From: Dehalococcoidia bacterium
GTDB taxonomy: Bacteria; Chloroflexota; Dehalococcoidia; Lucifugimonadales; CAJWER01
Reading direction: 5' to 3'
DNA length: 64,000 nt
Assembly: GCA_965204975.1 (NCBI GenBank)
Contig: OZ242024.1
Coordinates: 1,092,197-1,156,196 of the forward strand
How positions within the stretch are numbered: position 1 is the stretch's first letter; each line of letters starts with the position of its first letter. A model generated the notes under the pieces. That model made no database searches and was not told the DNA's origin. It worked only from the letters and a program-made list of their open reading frames with translations. Shown one piece after another: positions 36,400 through 46,554 of this stretch. A program made the translations under genes and the position numbers.

Positions 36400-38157
36400 C
36401 TACTGCGTGCCCGGGGGACCGACCCGGACCGTGATTATGTCGGCGTCGTGGTACTGCTGGTGCTTCACTGACGAGGCGTATTGCCGCAGCAGCCGCAGGG
36501 AGATCTCGTTCTCGGACGGTGTCTCCTCGTCGTGCTGCTGGAGCTGTCGGATCCTGTCCTCGAGGTTGTCAGCGTCGCCCCCGCCCATGAACTCCAGGTC
36601 AGCCACCGGGCCGTCGCTTGTCGCCAGGACGACCAGGCGACGCCCATCGTCTTCTTCCTCATCGTCCGCGAAGAGGTCCAGCGGCGCCAGCGTCAGGAGC
36701 GTCTCCTCCGCAACCGCGCTCAGCCGGTCCTTCATCTCTGCGTCCCAGCCCCTGCGGTCGGCGAATTTGGCTATGAAGTCGTTGAGCTCAGGCAGGGAGT
36801 CGGCATGAAGCTTGGACTCGAAACGCATCCCCTTGCGGCTTGTGAACTCCAGGAAGAGGAGCATCGCGATGGCGGCAATGCCCCCGGTGGTTATGCCGCT
36901 CTTGAGCAGGCCGTCCAGTACCTCTCCGCCCCATAGAGCCTTCACGTCCGGCAGGGCAAAGAGCTTGAACTGGAAGGGCGCCGCAATCCAGAAGGCGACG
37001 CCTGCGACGATGAGCCTCTGCCTGACCTGCTCGGTGTTTATCACCGTTCGCGCGCCGTCGACGAACAGGGTACCCGTGACCATGAGGAGGTATCCGGTCA
37101 TGACGGGGCCAGGCAGGGTGCTGAGCAGACCCGACACCTTGGGGACAAATGCCACCGCGATGAACATGAGGCCGATGGAGTAGCCGATCATGCGGGAAGC
37201 GACACCGGTGACCTGTGTAAAGGCAACGATGGCCGGGTTTACGGCGTTGGGCACCGCACCGAAGGCCCCGGCGATCAGATTGCATACCGCTGCCCCTGAG
37301 AGGGCACCCTGGACTTCTCGGAACTCTATGGCCCGGGCCTCGCGCGATGCGACGCGCTGCAGGGCGATTGACTCTCCGTTCACCTGGATGGAGATGATAA
37401 CGCCCAAGAACAGGAAGGAGGGCATCAGCGCCCAGAACGTGACTCCGAAGTCGAGCTCCAGCCCATACGACTCTGGTGGAAGCCCGATCCACGGCGCCTG
37501 CATGACCCTGTCTATGTCGTAGATGCCGAATGCGGCGGCAACCCCGCAGCCGACAGCTATGCCGATCATCGGGCCCCAGAGGCGCAGCACAGGCGTGCCG
37601 CGGAGCATAAGCGCAGCGACGACCACCAGTGTGACCAGGGCGGTCAGCGGTGCGGCCGTGGGCTCCTCCTGGGACGTCTCGTCCAGCAGATGGAAGACGA
37701 CAGAGGCCAGGGTGATGGAGAGGATCATCATCACGATGCCGCCCAAGGTTGGAGTGACGATTCTCCGCAGGATGAAGAGCCACTTGGATATGAACAACTG
37801 CACTACCGCAGTGAAGAGGACGAGCGTAGACAGGGTCGCGGGGCTGCCATCGGCGACGGCGCTAATGCAGAACGGTATCGAGAAGGCTGCCGTGAAGAAG
37901 GGAAGCACAGCTCGAGCCCCGATGGGGCCGATGCCCCTCACCTGCACCAGCGTGGAGAGCCCCACGACGATCAGGGAGGCGAAGACCATCCACGTCAGGT
38001 AGTCGTCCCCCAGTCCGGACTGCTTGGCCACGATGACGGGCGTTACCAGCAGGGTGGCCGAGGCGAGGAGGCTGAACTGGGAACCGAGACCCAGCGTGTT
38101 CGGCAGAGGCGGATTCTCGTGCGCCTCGTACTTGGGATTCTGTGAGGCCGTTGTCAC
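36400..38157 (-). CDS. NCS2 (xanthine/uracil permease-like) transporter fused to a ~150-aa C-terminal cytoplasmic domain
   Basis: About 430 aa of NCS2-like TM core (LGLGSQFSLLASATLLVTPVIV, FTQVTGVASR). The acidic soluble tail has an RsbW/SpoIIAB-like pattern. Confidence 0.8.
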   Translation of the reverse strand: MTTASQNPKYEAHENPPLPNTLGLGSQFSLLASATLLVTPVIVAKQSGLGDDYLTWMVFASLIVVGLSTLVQVRGIGPIGARAVLPFFTAAFSIPFCISAVADGSPATLSTLVLFTAVVQLFISKWLFILRRIVTPTLGGIVMMILSITLASVVFHLLDETSQEEPTAAPLTALVTLVVVAALMLRGTPVLRLWGPMIGIAVGCGVAAAFGIYDIDRVMQAPWIGLPPESYGLELDFGVTFWALMPSFLFLGVIISIQVNGESIALQRVASREARAIEFREVQGALSGAAVCNLIAGAFGAVPNAVNPAIVAFTQVTGVASRMIGYSIGLMFIAVAFVPKVSGLLSTLPGPVMTGYLLMVTGTLFVDGARTVINTEQVRQRLIVAGVAFWIAAPFQFKLFALPDVKALWGGEVLDGLLKSGITTGGIAAIAMLLFLEFTSRKGMRFESKLHADSLPELNDFIAKFADRRGWDAEMKDRLSAVAEETLLTLAPLDLFADDEEEDDGRRLVVLATSDGPVADLEFMGGGDADNLEDRIRQLQQHDEETPSENEISLRLLRQYASSVKHQQYHDADIITVRVGPPGTQ

Positions 38158-38428
38158 GATCGGGAGTGCCTTCCAGACTCCATCCAGCGTCCGGTGAAGA
38201 GTTGCAACGCTGCGAGCATTCTACATGGGCCGCGCCAGTGTGAACATTACATGGGGGAGCGGTTCTCAGGCAAGGGTATGCGGCCAGTCTCTCGCAGCAG
38301 TATGGCCGGGCCCCCACGCCACCCTGGAAGGTCGATGGCAAGTCCTTCTTGGTTGAGAGCCGAGATGGGCCTCATGTATCGTAGAACATAGGCACCTTCT
38401 TCGACTCCAGGATGTCGGATCTGCCCGG

Positions 38429-39442
38429 ATGAACGGGATGAACTTCTCGCTTCGCGAATCGAGACCTGCGGCCCGGCGGCGTCCCGTGGTCACCTATGCC
38501 CTGCTGGTGATCAACCTCCTGGTGTTCGCCGCAGCGCAGCAGTCGGGCGCAGGAGACGACCCGGAAGTCCTGCTCGACTACGGCGCGATGTTCAGCCCGC
38601 TGATTGCGGACGGCCAGTACTGGCGACTCTTCACGGCGATGTTCCTCCACGCCGACATTCCGCACATCGTGTTCAACGGGCTCGGGTTGCTGCTCTTCGG
38701 AGGCATCGTGGAGAGGACCTACGGCCACCTGAGGTTCGGGGCGATATACGTCATCGCGGGCCTGGCCGGAAGCGTGCTCAGCTTCGGGATGAACTCAATC
38801 GCCATAGGGGCGGGCGCAAGCGGAGCCATTTTCGGCGTGCTGGGGGCGCTGGGGGCTTTCTTCGCCGTGCAGAGGAACACCATTGGAAAGCCGGCGCGGA
38901 TCAATCTCGCCGCGGTCGCGGTGATGGCCGGAATCAGCCTGGCCTACGGCCTCGTGACTCCGCGCATAGACAATTGGGCCCACCTGGGCGGCCTGATAGG
39001 AGGCGCAGCGATGGGACTAGCGCTCTCGCCAACCCTCAGGCCCGCGATGGCCCTGGACTGGCAGCCACCCGGTTACATATGGAAGCCGCCGCCACTGTCC
39101 AGGTGGTGGGCTGTGCCCGCTGCCGCGGGAATCCTCGCGCTCGGAGCGGCAATAGGCACGCTCACACTGCCGGACAACCCGTATACGCGTCTCTTCCTGG
39201 CGGAGCGGCGCATCGAGGCCGGCGACATAGCAGGCGCCGTCCCCGAGCTGGACGAGGCCCTGCGCCTGGAGAGGACCCTGGCGAGGGCGTATTACCTGCG
39301 GGGGACCATCCGCGCCGACCAGGGTAACGTCGACGGCGCGGTCGCAGACCTGGGTGCGGCCATCAGGTACAGCCAGGCCGGCGACAGGGCCACGCGCTCC
39401 AATGCCCTGGCGCTGATGATGGAGCTCCGTGGCCGCCGCTAG
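38429..39442 (+). CDS. rhomboid family protease with C-terminal TPR region
   Basis: MFLHADIPHIVFNG, GASGAIFGVLGA and HLGGLIGG. C-terminal TPR-like AYYLRGTIRADQGNVDGAVADL. Confidence 0.8.
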   Translation: MNGMNFSLRESRPAARRRPVVTYALLVINLLVFAAAQQSGAGDDPEVLLDYGAMFSPLIADGQYWRLFTAMFLHADIPHIVFNGLGLLLFGGIVERTYGHLRFGAIYVIAGLAGSVLSFGMNSIAIGAGASGAIFGVLGALGAFFAVQRNTIGKPARINLAAVAVMAGISLAYGLVTPRIDNWAHLGGLIGGAAMGLALSPTLRPAMALDWQPPGYIWKPPPLSRWWAVPAAAGILALGAAIGTLTLPDNPYTRLFLAERRIEAGDIAGAVPELDEALRLERTLARAYYLRGTIRADQGNVDGAVADLGAAIRYSQAGDRATRSNALALMMELRGRR

Positions 39443-39460
39443 ACTCCATACGGACGCCGG

Positions 39461-40468
39461 GTGCTTGCACGCATGATCTCCAGGTGGACGCTGCCGGGGG
39501 CCGACCGTACGCCGTTCGTGACATACCTGCTGGTGGCTACGAACCTCGTCGTGTTCGCCCTCATGGAGCGCGCAGGCGGCTCGCAGGATCCCACCGTGCT
39601 GGACAAGTTCGGAGCGCTGTTCGGCCCCCTGGTAGTGGAGGGACAGTACTGGCGGCTGTTGACGGCAATCTTCCTGCACATCGGCTTCGTGCACATTGCG
39701 TTCAACAGCCTGGGACTGTTCGTCTTTGGGACGGCGTTCGAGCGCACCAGCGGGCCCCTACGGATGGCAGTGGTATACGTCGGATCGGGGCTGGCGGGAA
39801 GCGCGCTGAGCTACCTGGCAAGTCCCGCCGTCCGGTCCGCCGGGGCGAGCGGGGCGATCTTCGGCGTCCTGGGTGCGCTGGCCGTATACCTGTTCGTGAA
39901 CAGGCAGGAATTCGGCAGGCTGGGCCAGCGCGAGATCAGTACCGTCCTGTTCCTCGCCGCCATAAACCTGCTGAACGGCCTCGCCAGTCCCGGGGTCGAC
40001 AATTGGGCCCACGTCGGCGGTCTGCTAGGAGGAGCAGCCCTGGGACTGGCGGTCTTGCCGCGGCATGCTTCAGGACCGGGCGTCTCCACCGGCTTCCCAC
40101 TGGCCGACTGGGCCATTCGTCGAAGGGGCCTCATCCCGGCCGCAATGGGAGTCCTAGTCATAGCAGGAGTCCTGGCGGCAACCCTGACGCTTCCCGACAA
40201 CGCCAGCTCGCACATATACGAGGCGGAGCGCCTATACGAGCGGGGCGACCTTGTGTCCGCGCTGGTCGAGCTCGACAGCGCTGTTGACCTGGACCCGCTC
40301 AACGGCGAGGCCCACCTTCTCCGCGGCCAGATCTATGCGAGGATGGGCAACACCGAGGATGCGCTGGCCGACCTGGGAATAGCGCTGAGATTCGGACATC
40401 CCAGAACCAAGGAGCGCGCGCTGGAGTTCATTCCTGAGGTCAGGAGGAACAGGGGACTGAACCGTTAG
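39461..40468 (+). CDS. rhomboid family protease with C-terminal TPR region (tandem paralogue)
   Basis: IFLHIGFVHIAFNS, GASGAIFGVLGA and HVGGLLGG. C-terminal TPR-like AHLLRGQIYARMGNTEDALADL. Confidence 0.8.
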   Translation: MLARMISRWTLPGADRTPFVTYLLVATNLVVFALMERAGGSQDPTVLDKFGALFGPLVVEGQYWRLLTAIFLHIGFVHIAFNSLGLFVFGTAFERTSGPLRMAVVYVGSGLAGSALSYLASPAVRSAGASGAIFGVLGALAVYLFVNRQEFGRLGQREISTVLFLAAINLLNGLASPGVDNWAHVGGLLGGAALGLAVLPRHASGPGVSTGFPLADWAIRRRGLIPAAMGVLVIAGVLAATLTLPDNASSHIYEAERLYERGDLVSALVELDSAVDLDPLNGEAHLLRGQIYARMGNTEDALADLGIALRFGHPRTKERALEFIPEVRRNRGLNR

Positions 40469-40489
40469 GGTTGGTGTTGGAAGTGGTGG

Positions 40490-40513
40490 CCTTCGACAGG
40501 CTCAAGGCGAACG
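40490..40513 (+). repeat. dispersed intergenic element, copy 3 (CCTTCGACAGGCTCAAGGCGAACG)
   Basis: Lies between the convergent rhomboid and clpX genes. Near-identical to copy 1. Confidence 0.6.
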
Positions 40514-40528
40514 CGCTCTCCGTACCGC

Positions 40529-41827
40529 CTAGGCCGACTTCTGCTCCGGCGAAGAAAGCTGGAACAGCTCCGCGTCCGCCGTCTCGAGGGATACCGGCGC
40601 GTCGTCCAGGATGGAGTCCTTGTCCACGGTGCAGCGGGTGACGTCCTTGAGCGAAGGGATCTCGTACATGACATCGAGGAGTGTCTGCTCGAGTATCGCC
40701 CTCAGGCCGCGCGCTCCCGTCTGAAGCTTGAGGGCCTCGTCGGCAACGGCCTCGAGCGCCTCGTCGGTAAACTCCAGCTCGACGTCGTCCATGCGGAACA
40801 GGGCCTGGTACTGCTTGACCAGGGCATCCTTGGGCTCGGTGAGGACGCTGACGAGGGCATCGCGGTCGAGCTTGGCGAGGCTCACGGTTACCGGCAGCCT
40901 GCCCACGAGCTCCGGGATGAACCCGTAATTCAGCAGGTCGTCCGCCGTGAGGTGTTCAAGGATGTCGTACTCCCCGTCCCCGTCTTCATCCGCCAGGTTG
41001 GGCGAGCTGAACCCGATCTTGGTCCTGTCCTTGGTGATGCGCCACTCGACAATGTCGGCGAGGCCTTCGAAGGCGCCGCCGCACATGAACAGGATGTTGT
41101 CGGTCTTTATCTGGAGGAAGTCCTGGTGTGGGTGCTTGCGCCCTCCCTGCGGCGGGACGCTTGCGACGCACCCCTCGATGATCTTTAGGAGGGCCTGCTG
41201 CACGCCTTCGCCCGAAACATCGCGGGTGATGGACGGGTTTGGGCTCTTCCGCGCGACCTTGTCTATCTCGTCGATGTATATGACCCCCTGCTCCGCGCGG
41301 CTGACGTCGAAGTCCGCGGCCTGGATCAGGCGGAGCAGGATGTTCTCGACGTCCTCACCCACATAGCCGGCCTCCGTAAGGGACGTGGCGTCGGCGATGG
41401 CGAAGGGGACGTCGAGCACCTTGGCGAGGGTCTCGGCCAGCAAGGTCTTGCCGGAGCCGGCGGGACCCGTTAGGAGGATGTTCGATTTGTGCAGCTCGAC
41501 GTCGGTGGTCTTCTGGTTGGACCAGACGCGCTTGTAGTGGTTGTAGACGGCAACGCTGAGGACCTTCTTCGCCCGGTCCTGGCCGACCACGTACTCGTTG
41601 AGCTTGTCGTAAAGCCACTTGGGGGACACGCCCTTGGCCTTCATGCCCGAAGCGTCCCGGGAAACGGAGGGGCGGTCGTCGGTGAGAATCTGCCCGCACA
41701 GGACAACGCATTCGTCGCAAATGAACACGACACGATCCGTGCCCGCAATCAGTCTCTCGACCTGGCCCTGCGCCTTTCCGCAGAAGGAGCAATGGTAGCT
41801 GGGCTGACCGCTCTTGGGTGTAGTCAT
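40529..41827 (-). CDS. clpX: ATP-dependent Clp protease ATP-binding subunit ClpX
   Basis: N-terminal zinc ribbon CSFCGK...CDEC, Walker [17 protein letters not shown], and full-length ClpX-like sequence. Confidence 0.95.
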   Translation of the reverse strand: MTTPKSGQPSYHCSFCGKAQGQVERLIAGTDRVVFICDECVVLCGQILTDDRPSVSRDASGMKAKGVSPKWLYDKLNEYVVGQDRAKKVLSVAVYNHYKRVWSNQKTTDVELHKSNILLTGPAGSGKTLLAETLAKVLDVPFAIADATSLTEAGYVGEDVENILLRLIQAADFDVSRAEQGVIYIDEIDKVARKSPNPSITRDVSGEGVQQALLKIIEGCVASVPPQGGRKHPHQDFLQIKTDNILFMCGGAFEGLADIVEWRITKDRTKIGFSSPNLADEDGDGEYDILEHLTADDLLNYGFIPELVGRLPVTVSLAKLDRDALVSVLTEPKDALVKQYQALFRMDDVELEFTDEALEAVADEALKLQTGARGLRAILEQTLLDVMYEIPSLKDVTRCTVDKDSILDDAPVSLETADAELFQLSSPEQKSA

Positions 41828-41877
41828 GTGCTCTTGATGGCCTCCGGATGTCGTGGGCTTTCTGTACCTGGTAGAGC

Positions 41878-42501
41878 CTAGTCTGCCGCCTGCTCCTGTT
41901 CATCGACCCTGGTCGGAAGGACCTCGTCGATCAGGCCGTATTCCTTCGCGCCCTCCGCGCTGAGGAAGAAGTCGCGGTCGGAATCGGCGGCGATCTTCTC
42001 ATATGACTGACCGGTCCTGTCGGCGATGATCCTGCAGAGAGCGGCCTCCAGCCTCAGCACTTCCTTAGCATGAATCTCGATGTCGGCGGCCTGGCCCTGC
42101 ACGCCGCCCATCACCTGGTGCATGTGGATGGTGGCGTTGGGGAGCGCGTACCTCTTGCCCTTGGTGCCGGCGCAAAGCAGCACAGTGCCGAAGCTGGCGG
42201 CGGCGCCCACGCAGTACGTCGCCACGTCCGGTCGGATCATCTGCATGGTGTCGTAGATGGCGAGGCCGGCGTAGACGGAGCCTCCCGGCGAGTTGATGTA
42301 GAGCTCGATGTCGCGGTCGGGGTCCTCCCGCTGCAGGAACAGAAGCTGGGCGATGATGGCGTTGGCGACCTGGTCGTTGATGCCCGTGCCCAGGAAGATG
42401 ATGCGCTCCTTGAGGAGCAGCGAGTAGATGTCGTAGGCCCTCTCGCCCCTGGCGCCACTCTCGACGACCATTGGGATGATGTTGTTGACGTTGGGGATCA
42501 T
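41878..42501 (-). CDS. clpP: ATP-dependent Clp protease proteolytic subunit ClpP
   Basis: [16 protein letters not shown], catalytic GAAASFG (Ser), H in MHQ, and conserved ClpP length (207 aa). Confidence 0.95.
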   Translation of the reverse strand: MIPNVNNIIPMVVESGARGERAYDIYSLLLKERIIFLGTGINDQVANAIIAQLLFLQREDPDRDIELYINSPGGSVYAGLAIYDTMQMIRPDVATYCVGAAASFGTVLLCAGTKGKRYALPNATIHMHQVMGGVQGQAADIEIHAKEVLRLEAALCRIIADRTGQSYEKIAADSDRDFFLSAEGAKEYGLIDEVLPTRVDEQEQAAD

Positions 42502-43838
42502 TGGTCTTTGTCTCCTTCGTTGTCCGGGGTACTGTCGTCGTCTGTCGCGCCGTCGGCCTGGCCCCTGGCAATCTCCACCAGGCGGTCCATGGCCTTCCCT
42601 ATCAGCATGGACTCGCGTATCGTCTCGACCGCCTCGGGCCTATCGAGATTGCTCTCATCCAGGCCAGACCCGTCTGCGGATGCAGTCTCACGCAGGTCCG
42701 CGAGCCTCTGTTCCACTTCCTCGTCCGAGACCTCGATGCTCTCGGCCTTGGCCAGGTTGTAGAGCGCGTGGGTCCGGCTGAAACGGTCCACCGCCTGCTC
42801 CTTCATCTCCGCAAGCTGCTCTTCCTCCGATGTGCCCGCGAACTTGTAATACTCATCGAGCGTCACATTCATCCGACCGATGAACTCGTCACGCCTCTCG
42901 GTCATGTGCTGAATCTCGCGGTCTATCAGCAATGGAGGAATGTCGAACTCGGCGCCCTCCACCAGCTTCTCGAGGGCATCCTCTCTCAGCTTCATGTCGC
43001 GGGCCTGCTCCGCTTCGGTCGCTATCCGGGATCGGACCGATTCCGTGAGCTCCTCCAGGGTGTCGAAGCCGTCGCCTATCCCCTTCGCGAACTCGTCGTC
43101 AAGGTCGGGCAGGCTTCGCTCCTTGATCTCCTTCACGGTGATCCGGAAGTGTGCCTCCTCGCCCGCAAGGGGGGCGTTGAAGTAGTCGTTCGGTATGGTC
43201 AGGTGAAATTCTACGGGGGAGTCTACCGCGGCGCCGACCACCTCTTCGGCGAAGCCCGGGAAAGGCAGAGCGGCCTCCTCGTCGACCATGTACTCGGTGT
43301 CGGTCGTGTCGATTATGGACTCTTCGCCGACGTGGCCAACGGCTGCCATTGTGATGCGGTCGCCCATTTGGACCGATCTCTCGACGGGCTCCCAGATTGC
43401 CTCGCGCTCCCGGAGGCCCTCGATCTCCGCGTCGACGTCTTCGTCAGCAACCTCGACCGGGTCCTCCTCCACCCTGACATCCAGGTATCCACCCAGCTCG
43501 ACGGCGGGCGTGAGGGGGACCGTGGCCTTCACGGTGACCGGATCGAGGGCTACCAGCTCAACCTGGGGAGTGCCGGCGGCGTCGAGCTCCTGTTCGACAA
43601 TCGCCTGGTGGGTGACTGCGGGGAGAACGTCGTCGAGAGACTCCGCCACGAGCCTCTCCCTGCCGAGGATGCCCTCGATGATCGACCGGGGTGCCTTGCC
43701 CTTGCGGAAGCCTGGAACGTTGGTCTGCTGGACGACCCTGCGATAAGCCCGGTCGAGGTAGGGAGCCATGTCCTCGTCCTCTAGCTCGATCTCGAGAACG
43801 GTCTGGCGATCCACGACCTCTTCCTGGGTTATTTTCAC
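42498..43838 (-). CDS. tig: trigger factor
   Basis: [10 protein letters not shown] ribosome-binding signature and canonical position upstream of clpP-clpX. GTG at 43838 (MKITQEE) preferred over the ORF-track GTG at 43850. Confidence 0.9.
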   Translation of the reverse strand: MKITQEEVVDRQTVLEIELEDEDMAPYLDRAYRRVVQQTNVPGFRKGKAPRSIIEGILGRERLVAESLDDVLPAVTHQAIVEQELDAAGTPQVELVALDPVTVKATVPLTPAVELGGYLDVRVEEDPVEVADEDVDAEIEGLREREAIWEPVERSVQMGDRITMAAVGHVGEESIIDTTDTEYMVDEEAALPFPGFAEEVVGAAVDSPVEFHLTIPNDYFNAPLAGEEAHFRITVKEIKERSLPDLDDEFAKGIGDGFDTLEELTESVRSRIATEAEQARDMKLREDALEKLVEGAEFDIPPLLIDREIQHMTERRDEFIGRMNVTLDEYYKFAGTSEEEQLAEMKEQAVDRFSRTHALYNLAKAESIEVSDEEVEQRLADLRETASADGSGLDESNLDRPEAVETIRESMLIGKAMDRLVEIARGQADGATDDDSTPDNEGDKDQ

Positions 43839-44013
43839 GCAGCACTCCACACGGCACGGGGTAATTCGATTATATCACCACACTCGCGGGCAACCGCAAT
43901 GAAACCCCACACCGATGTTCGCCGAAAATGGGATGCGTCACAGTAGTAGCAGGTAGGAGAGAGCGAACAATAACGGGGTCTTAAGAGATGCCAGGGGGAC
44001 AGAGGCCGGCCGG

Positions 44014-44430
44014 CTAGAACGGGTCTACGGCAGTCACTCCTTCGTAGGTCTGGCCGGAGTTCAGGTCCTGGGTATACAGTGTCCCGCACCCTAACTGAGC
44101 CGCGGCAGCTACTATGGCCGCGTCCCAGTAGCTGACCTGATAACGACGGCTTATGTCGACTGCCCGCGTGAACAGGTCGGGTGTCGTCGTCACTATGGGG
44201 CGAGTCAGTAGCGACTCCAAGAACGGCGCGGCGACCTGGGGCCGGACTCTCTCCCGTAGCTTGCCGGTAACGTTCACGTAGAACTCTTGCAGTACCTGGA
44301 CGGAGATACCCCAGTTGTTCTCCTCAATGATCCGCCAAGACACGGCATACTCCGTCGCCTCATCCGGAGCACTGGACACGGCATACAGGAGGACGTTCGT
44401 ATCGAGGAAGACCTCAGGCTCGGCCTTCAT
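44014..44430 (-). CDS. vapC: PIN-domain toxin (VapC family)
   Basis: FLDTNVLLYA N-terminal acidic motif, YWDAAIVAAA and LYTQD. Start set at the ATG at 44430, overlapping the antitoxin gene by 17 nt. Confidence 0.8.
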   Translation of the reverse strand: MKAEPEVFLDTNVLLYAVSSAPDEATEYAVSWRIIEENNWGISVQVLQEFYVNVTGKLRERVRPQVAAPFLESLLTRPIVTTTPDLFTRAVDISRRYQVSYWDAAIVAAAAQLGCGTLYTQDLNSGQTYEGVTAVDPF

Positions 44431-44647
44431 AAGTGCGGCTGCGTGTAGGACGCTCACCGACCTCAGCCCCCCAAGAGTCCACCATCTTCCGAACTGCGTC
44501 CCAGTCTACGTCGCGCTGTACCACGCCTGTGCTCAGATCGGCCAGATACTCGCGCACGAGGGCGCTGACAGAGGTGTCACGTTGGGCCGCGACGATGCGC
44601 GCCTGCCTATAGGTCTCGTCGTCCACGCTTACTGTGATGTTTCTCAT
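44414..44647 (-). CDS. ribbon-helix-helix (CopG/VapB-like) antitoxin
   Basis: MRNITVSVDDETYRQARIVAAQRDTSVSALVREYL is a typical RHH N-terminus. Lies directly upstream of the PIN gene and overlaps it. Confidence 0.75.
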   Translation of the reverse strand: MRNITVSVDDETYRQARIVAAQRDTSVSALVREYLADLSTGVVQRDVDWDAVRKMVDSWGAEVGERPTRSRTYEGRA

Positions 44648-44754
44648 AGCGGATCCACAGTAACACAGAAACTGTGACAGCGCCAGAGAGCGGACCCGTC
44701 AGCCGAACTGACTGCGTCAAGACATCAGCTTCCTTCCAGTGTTATGCTCTTTGC

Positions 44755-45645
44755 ATGTCCTTGCTGGAAGCGCAGTCGCTCACGAAGCACTATGGAGCCG
44801 TCATCGCGCTGGACGGCGTGGACTTCCAGGTCGACAAGGGCGTCACCGGCCTGCTGGGCCCGAACGGCGCCGGCAAGAGCACTGCGATCAAGCTGTTCCT
44901 CGGGCTCATCAAGCCGACATCCGGGTCGGCGCAGGTGCTGGGCGAGCGGCCCTACGAGTCCGTAGAGGTGCGCTCGCGACTCGGCTACATGCCAGAGCAC
45001 GACTGCCTCCCGTCGTCGCTGACGGCGTCGGAGTTCCTGACGCACATGGCCCAGGTGAGCGGCCTTCCCCCCGCACATGCCCGGACGCGTGCAGCGGACA
45101 CGCTGCGGCACGTGGGGCTCGACGAGGAGCGGTACAGGTCTATGGGCGAGTACTCCACGGGCATGAAGCAGCGGGTGAAGCTGGCCCAGGCCCTCGTCCA
45201 CGATCCGGTCATGGTCCTGCTGGACGAGCCTACGGCCGGACTGGACCCGCTCGGGCGGGAGGAGATGCTCGCCCTCGTCAGACGCACCGGCAACGAGTTC
45301 GGCATCAGCATCATGCTCTCATCGCACCTCATGGGAGACGTGGAGAGCACCTGCGACAGGATCGTGGTGCTGGAGGGCGGCAGGGTCGTGGAAGACAACA
45401 CCGTCTCGCAGCTTACCCAAGAGACGGAGACCCTGTACGTGGAGGTGGACGATCGGCGCAACGAGCTGCTCGCGCTGCTCCAACGCAGCGGTCTCGACGC
45501 CAGCCTCGAGGGTATTGCGATAGTCATAGACGGGGTGGACGACCAGGGCTACGACACCGTGCGTGACGCGGTGGTCGAGTCGGGCGCCAGGCTCCGGCGG
45601 ATGGCGCCGCAGCAGCACCGGCTGACCGAGATATTCAGGAGCTAA
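44755..45645 (+). CDS. ABC transporter ATP-binding protein (ABC-2 subfamily)
   Basis: GPNGAGKST, YSTGMKQR signature variant and LLDEPTAGLD. Start moved to the ATG (MSLLEAQ). Confidence 0.9.
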   Translation: MSLLEAQSLTKHYGAVIALDGVDFQVDKGVTGLLGPNGAGKSTAIKLFLGLIKPTSGSAQVLGERPYESVEVRSRLGYMPEHDCLPSSLTASEFLTHMAQVSGLPPAHARTRAADTLRHVGLDEERYRSMGEYSTGMKQRVKLAQALVHDPVMVLLDEPTAGLDPLGREEMLALVRRTGNEFGISIMLSSHLMGDVESTCDRIVVLEGGRVVEDNTVSQLTQETETLYVEVDDRRNELLALLQRSGLDASLEGIAIVIDGVDDQGYDTVRDAVVESGARLRRMAPQQHRLTEIFRS

Positions 45646-45648
45646 CAG

Positions 45649-46554
45649 TTGGCGTCACAGCCCAGGGGCGAAGTCTACGACATAGGCTACCGGCACTACG
45701 AGGGGCCGAGGGAGGGCCGCAACCGCGCCCGGTTCGCCCTGTGGACCAACGGCGTCCGCACGGCGCTGGGCCTGGGACGGGGCACGCGGGCCAAGATCCT
45801 GCCGATACTGCTGTTCGCGTCGACGATGATCCCGGCGGCGGTGTTCGTAATCATGGCCTCCCTAGCCGAGGACTTCGGCGTATCCGACGTGGTGGAGGTG
45901 CCAGGACATGCCGACTACTACGACGTGGTCTCTATCCTCGTGCTGGTCTTCTCCGCGATCATCGCGCCGGAACTCCTGTGCGCGGACCGGCGCAGCCAGG
46001 TGCTGCAGCTATACCTGGTTAGGCCCCTGACACCGACGGACTACGTGGCAGGGCGCTGGCTGGCGTTCTTCACCATCGTCCTGGCGCTGGTCTATTCGGG
46101 CCAGATCGTGATGTTCATCGGGTTCATCTTCTCAGCCGAGGCGCCTCTCGACTACCTCCGGGATCACTGGCTCGACGTGCCTCGTTTCCTGGCCGCAGGC
46201 GCAGTCGTCGCCGTTTTCGTGACGACCATACCGCTTGCCGTATCGGGCTTCACCGCCAGACGCGCCTACGCGGCGGGGTTCGTCATAGGCCTGTTCATCA
46301 TATCCTCGGCGGTTGCGAATGCACTTACGGCCGAGGAAGTGATGGGCGAATGGAGCAAGTGGATCGGGCTCGCCGATGTCGGGAGCGTCCCTTCGTTCGT
46401 CAGCGACCTGATCTTTGGGGAAACACCGGACTCTTCGGATGCAATGGCGCGGGTGAACGATCTCCACAACGCCATCCCCATCGGATGGTACATCCTGCTT
46501 ACGGCAGGGCCTGCCGCCGTGCTGCTGCGGCGCTACCAGAAGGCGGCGCTGTAG
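45649..46554 (+). CDS. ABC-associated integral membrane protein (family unassigned)
   Basis: TTG start 3 nt after the ATPase stop. N-terminal cytoplasmic YDIGYRHYEGPREGRNRA followed by about 6 TM helices. Confidence 0.7.
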   Translation: MASQPRGEVYDIGYRHYEGPREGRNRARFALWTNGVRTALGLGRGTRAKILPILLFASTMIPAAVFVIMASLAEDFGVSDVVEVPGHADYYDVVSILVLVFSAIIAPELLCADRRSQVLQLYLVRPLTPTDYVAGRWLAFFTIVLALVYSGQIVMFIGFIFSAEAPLDYLRDHWLDVPRFLAAGAVVAVFVTTIPLAVSGFTARRAYAAGFVIGLFIISSAVANALTAEEVMGEWSKWIGLADVGSVPSFVSDLIFGETPDSSDAMARVNDLHNAIPIGWYILLTAGPAAVLLRRYQKAAL

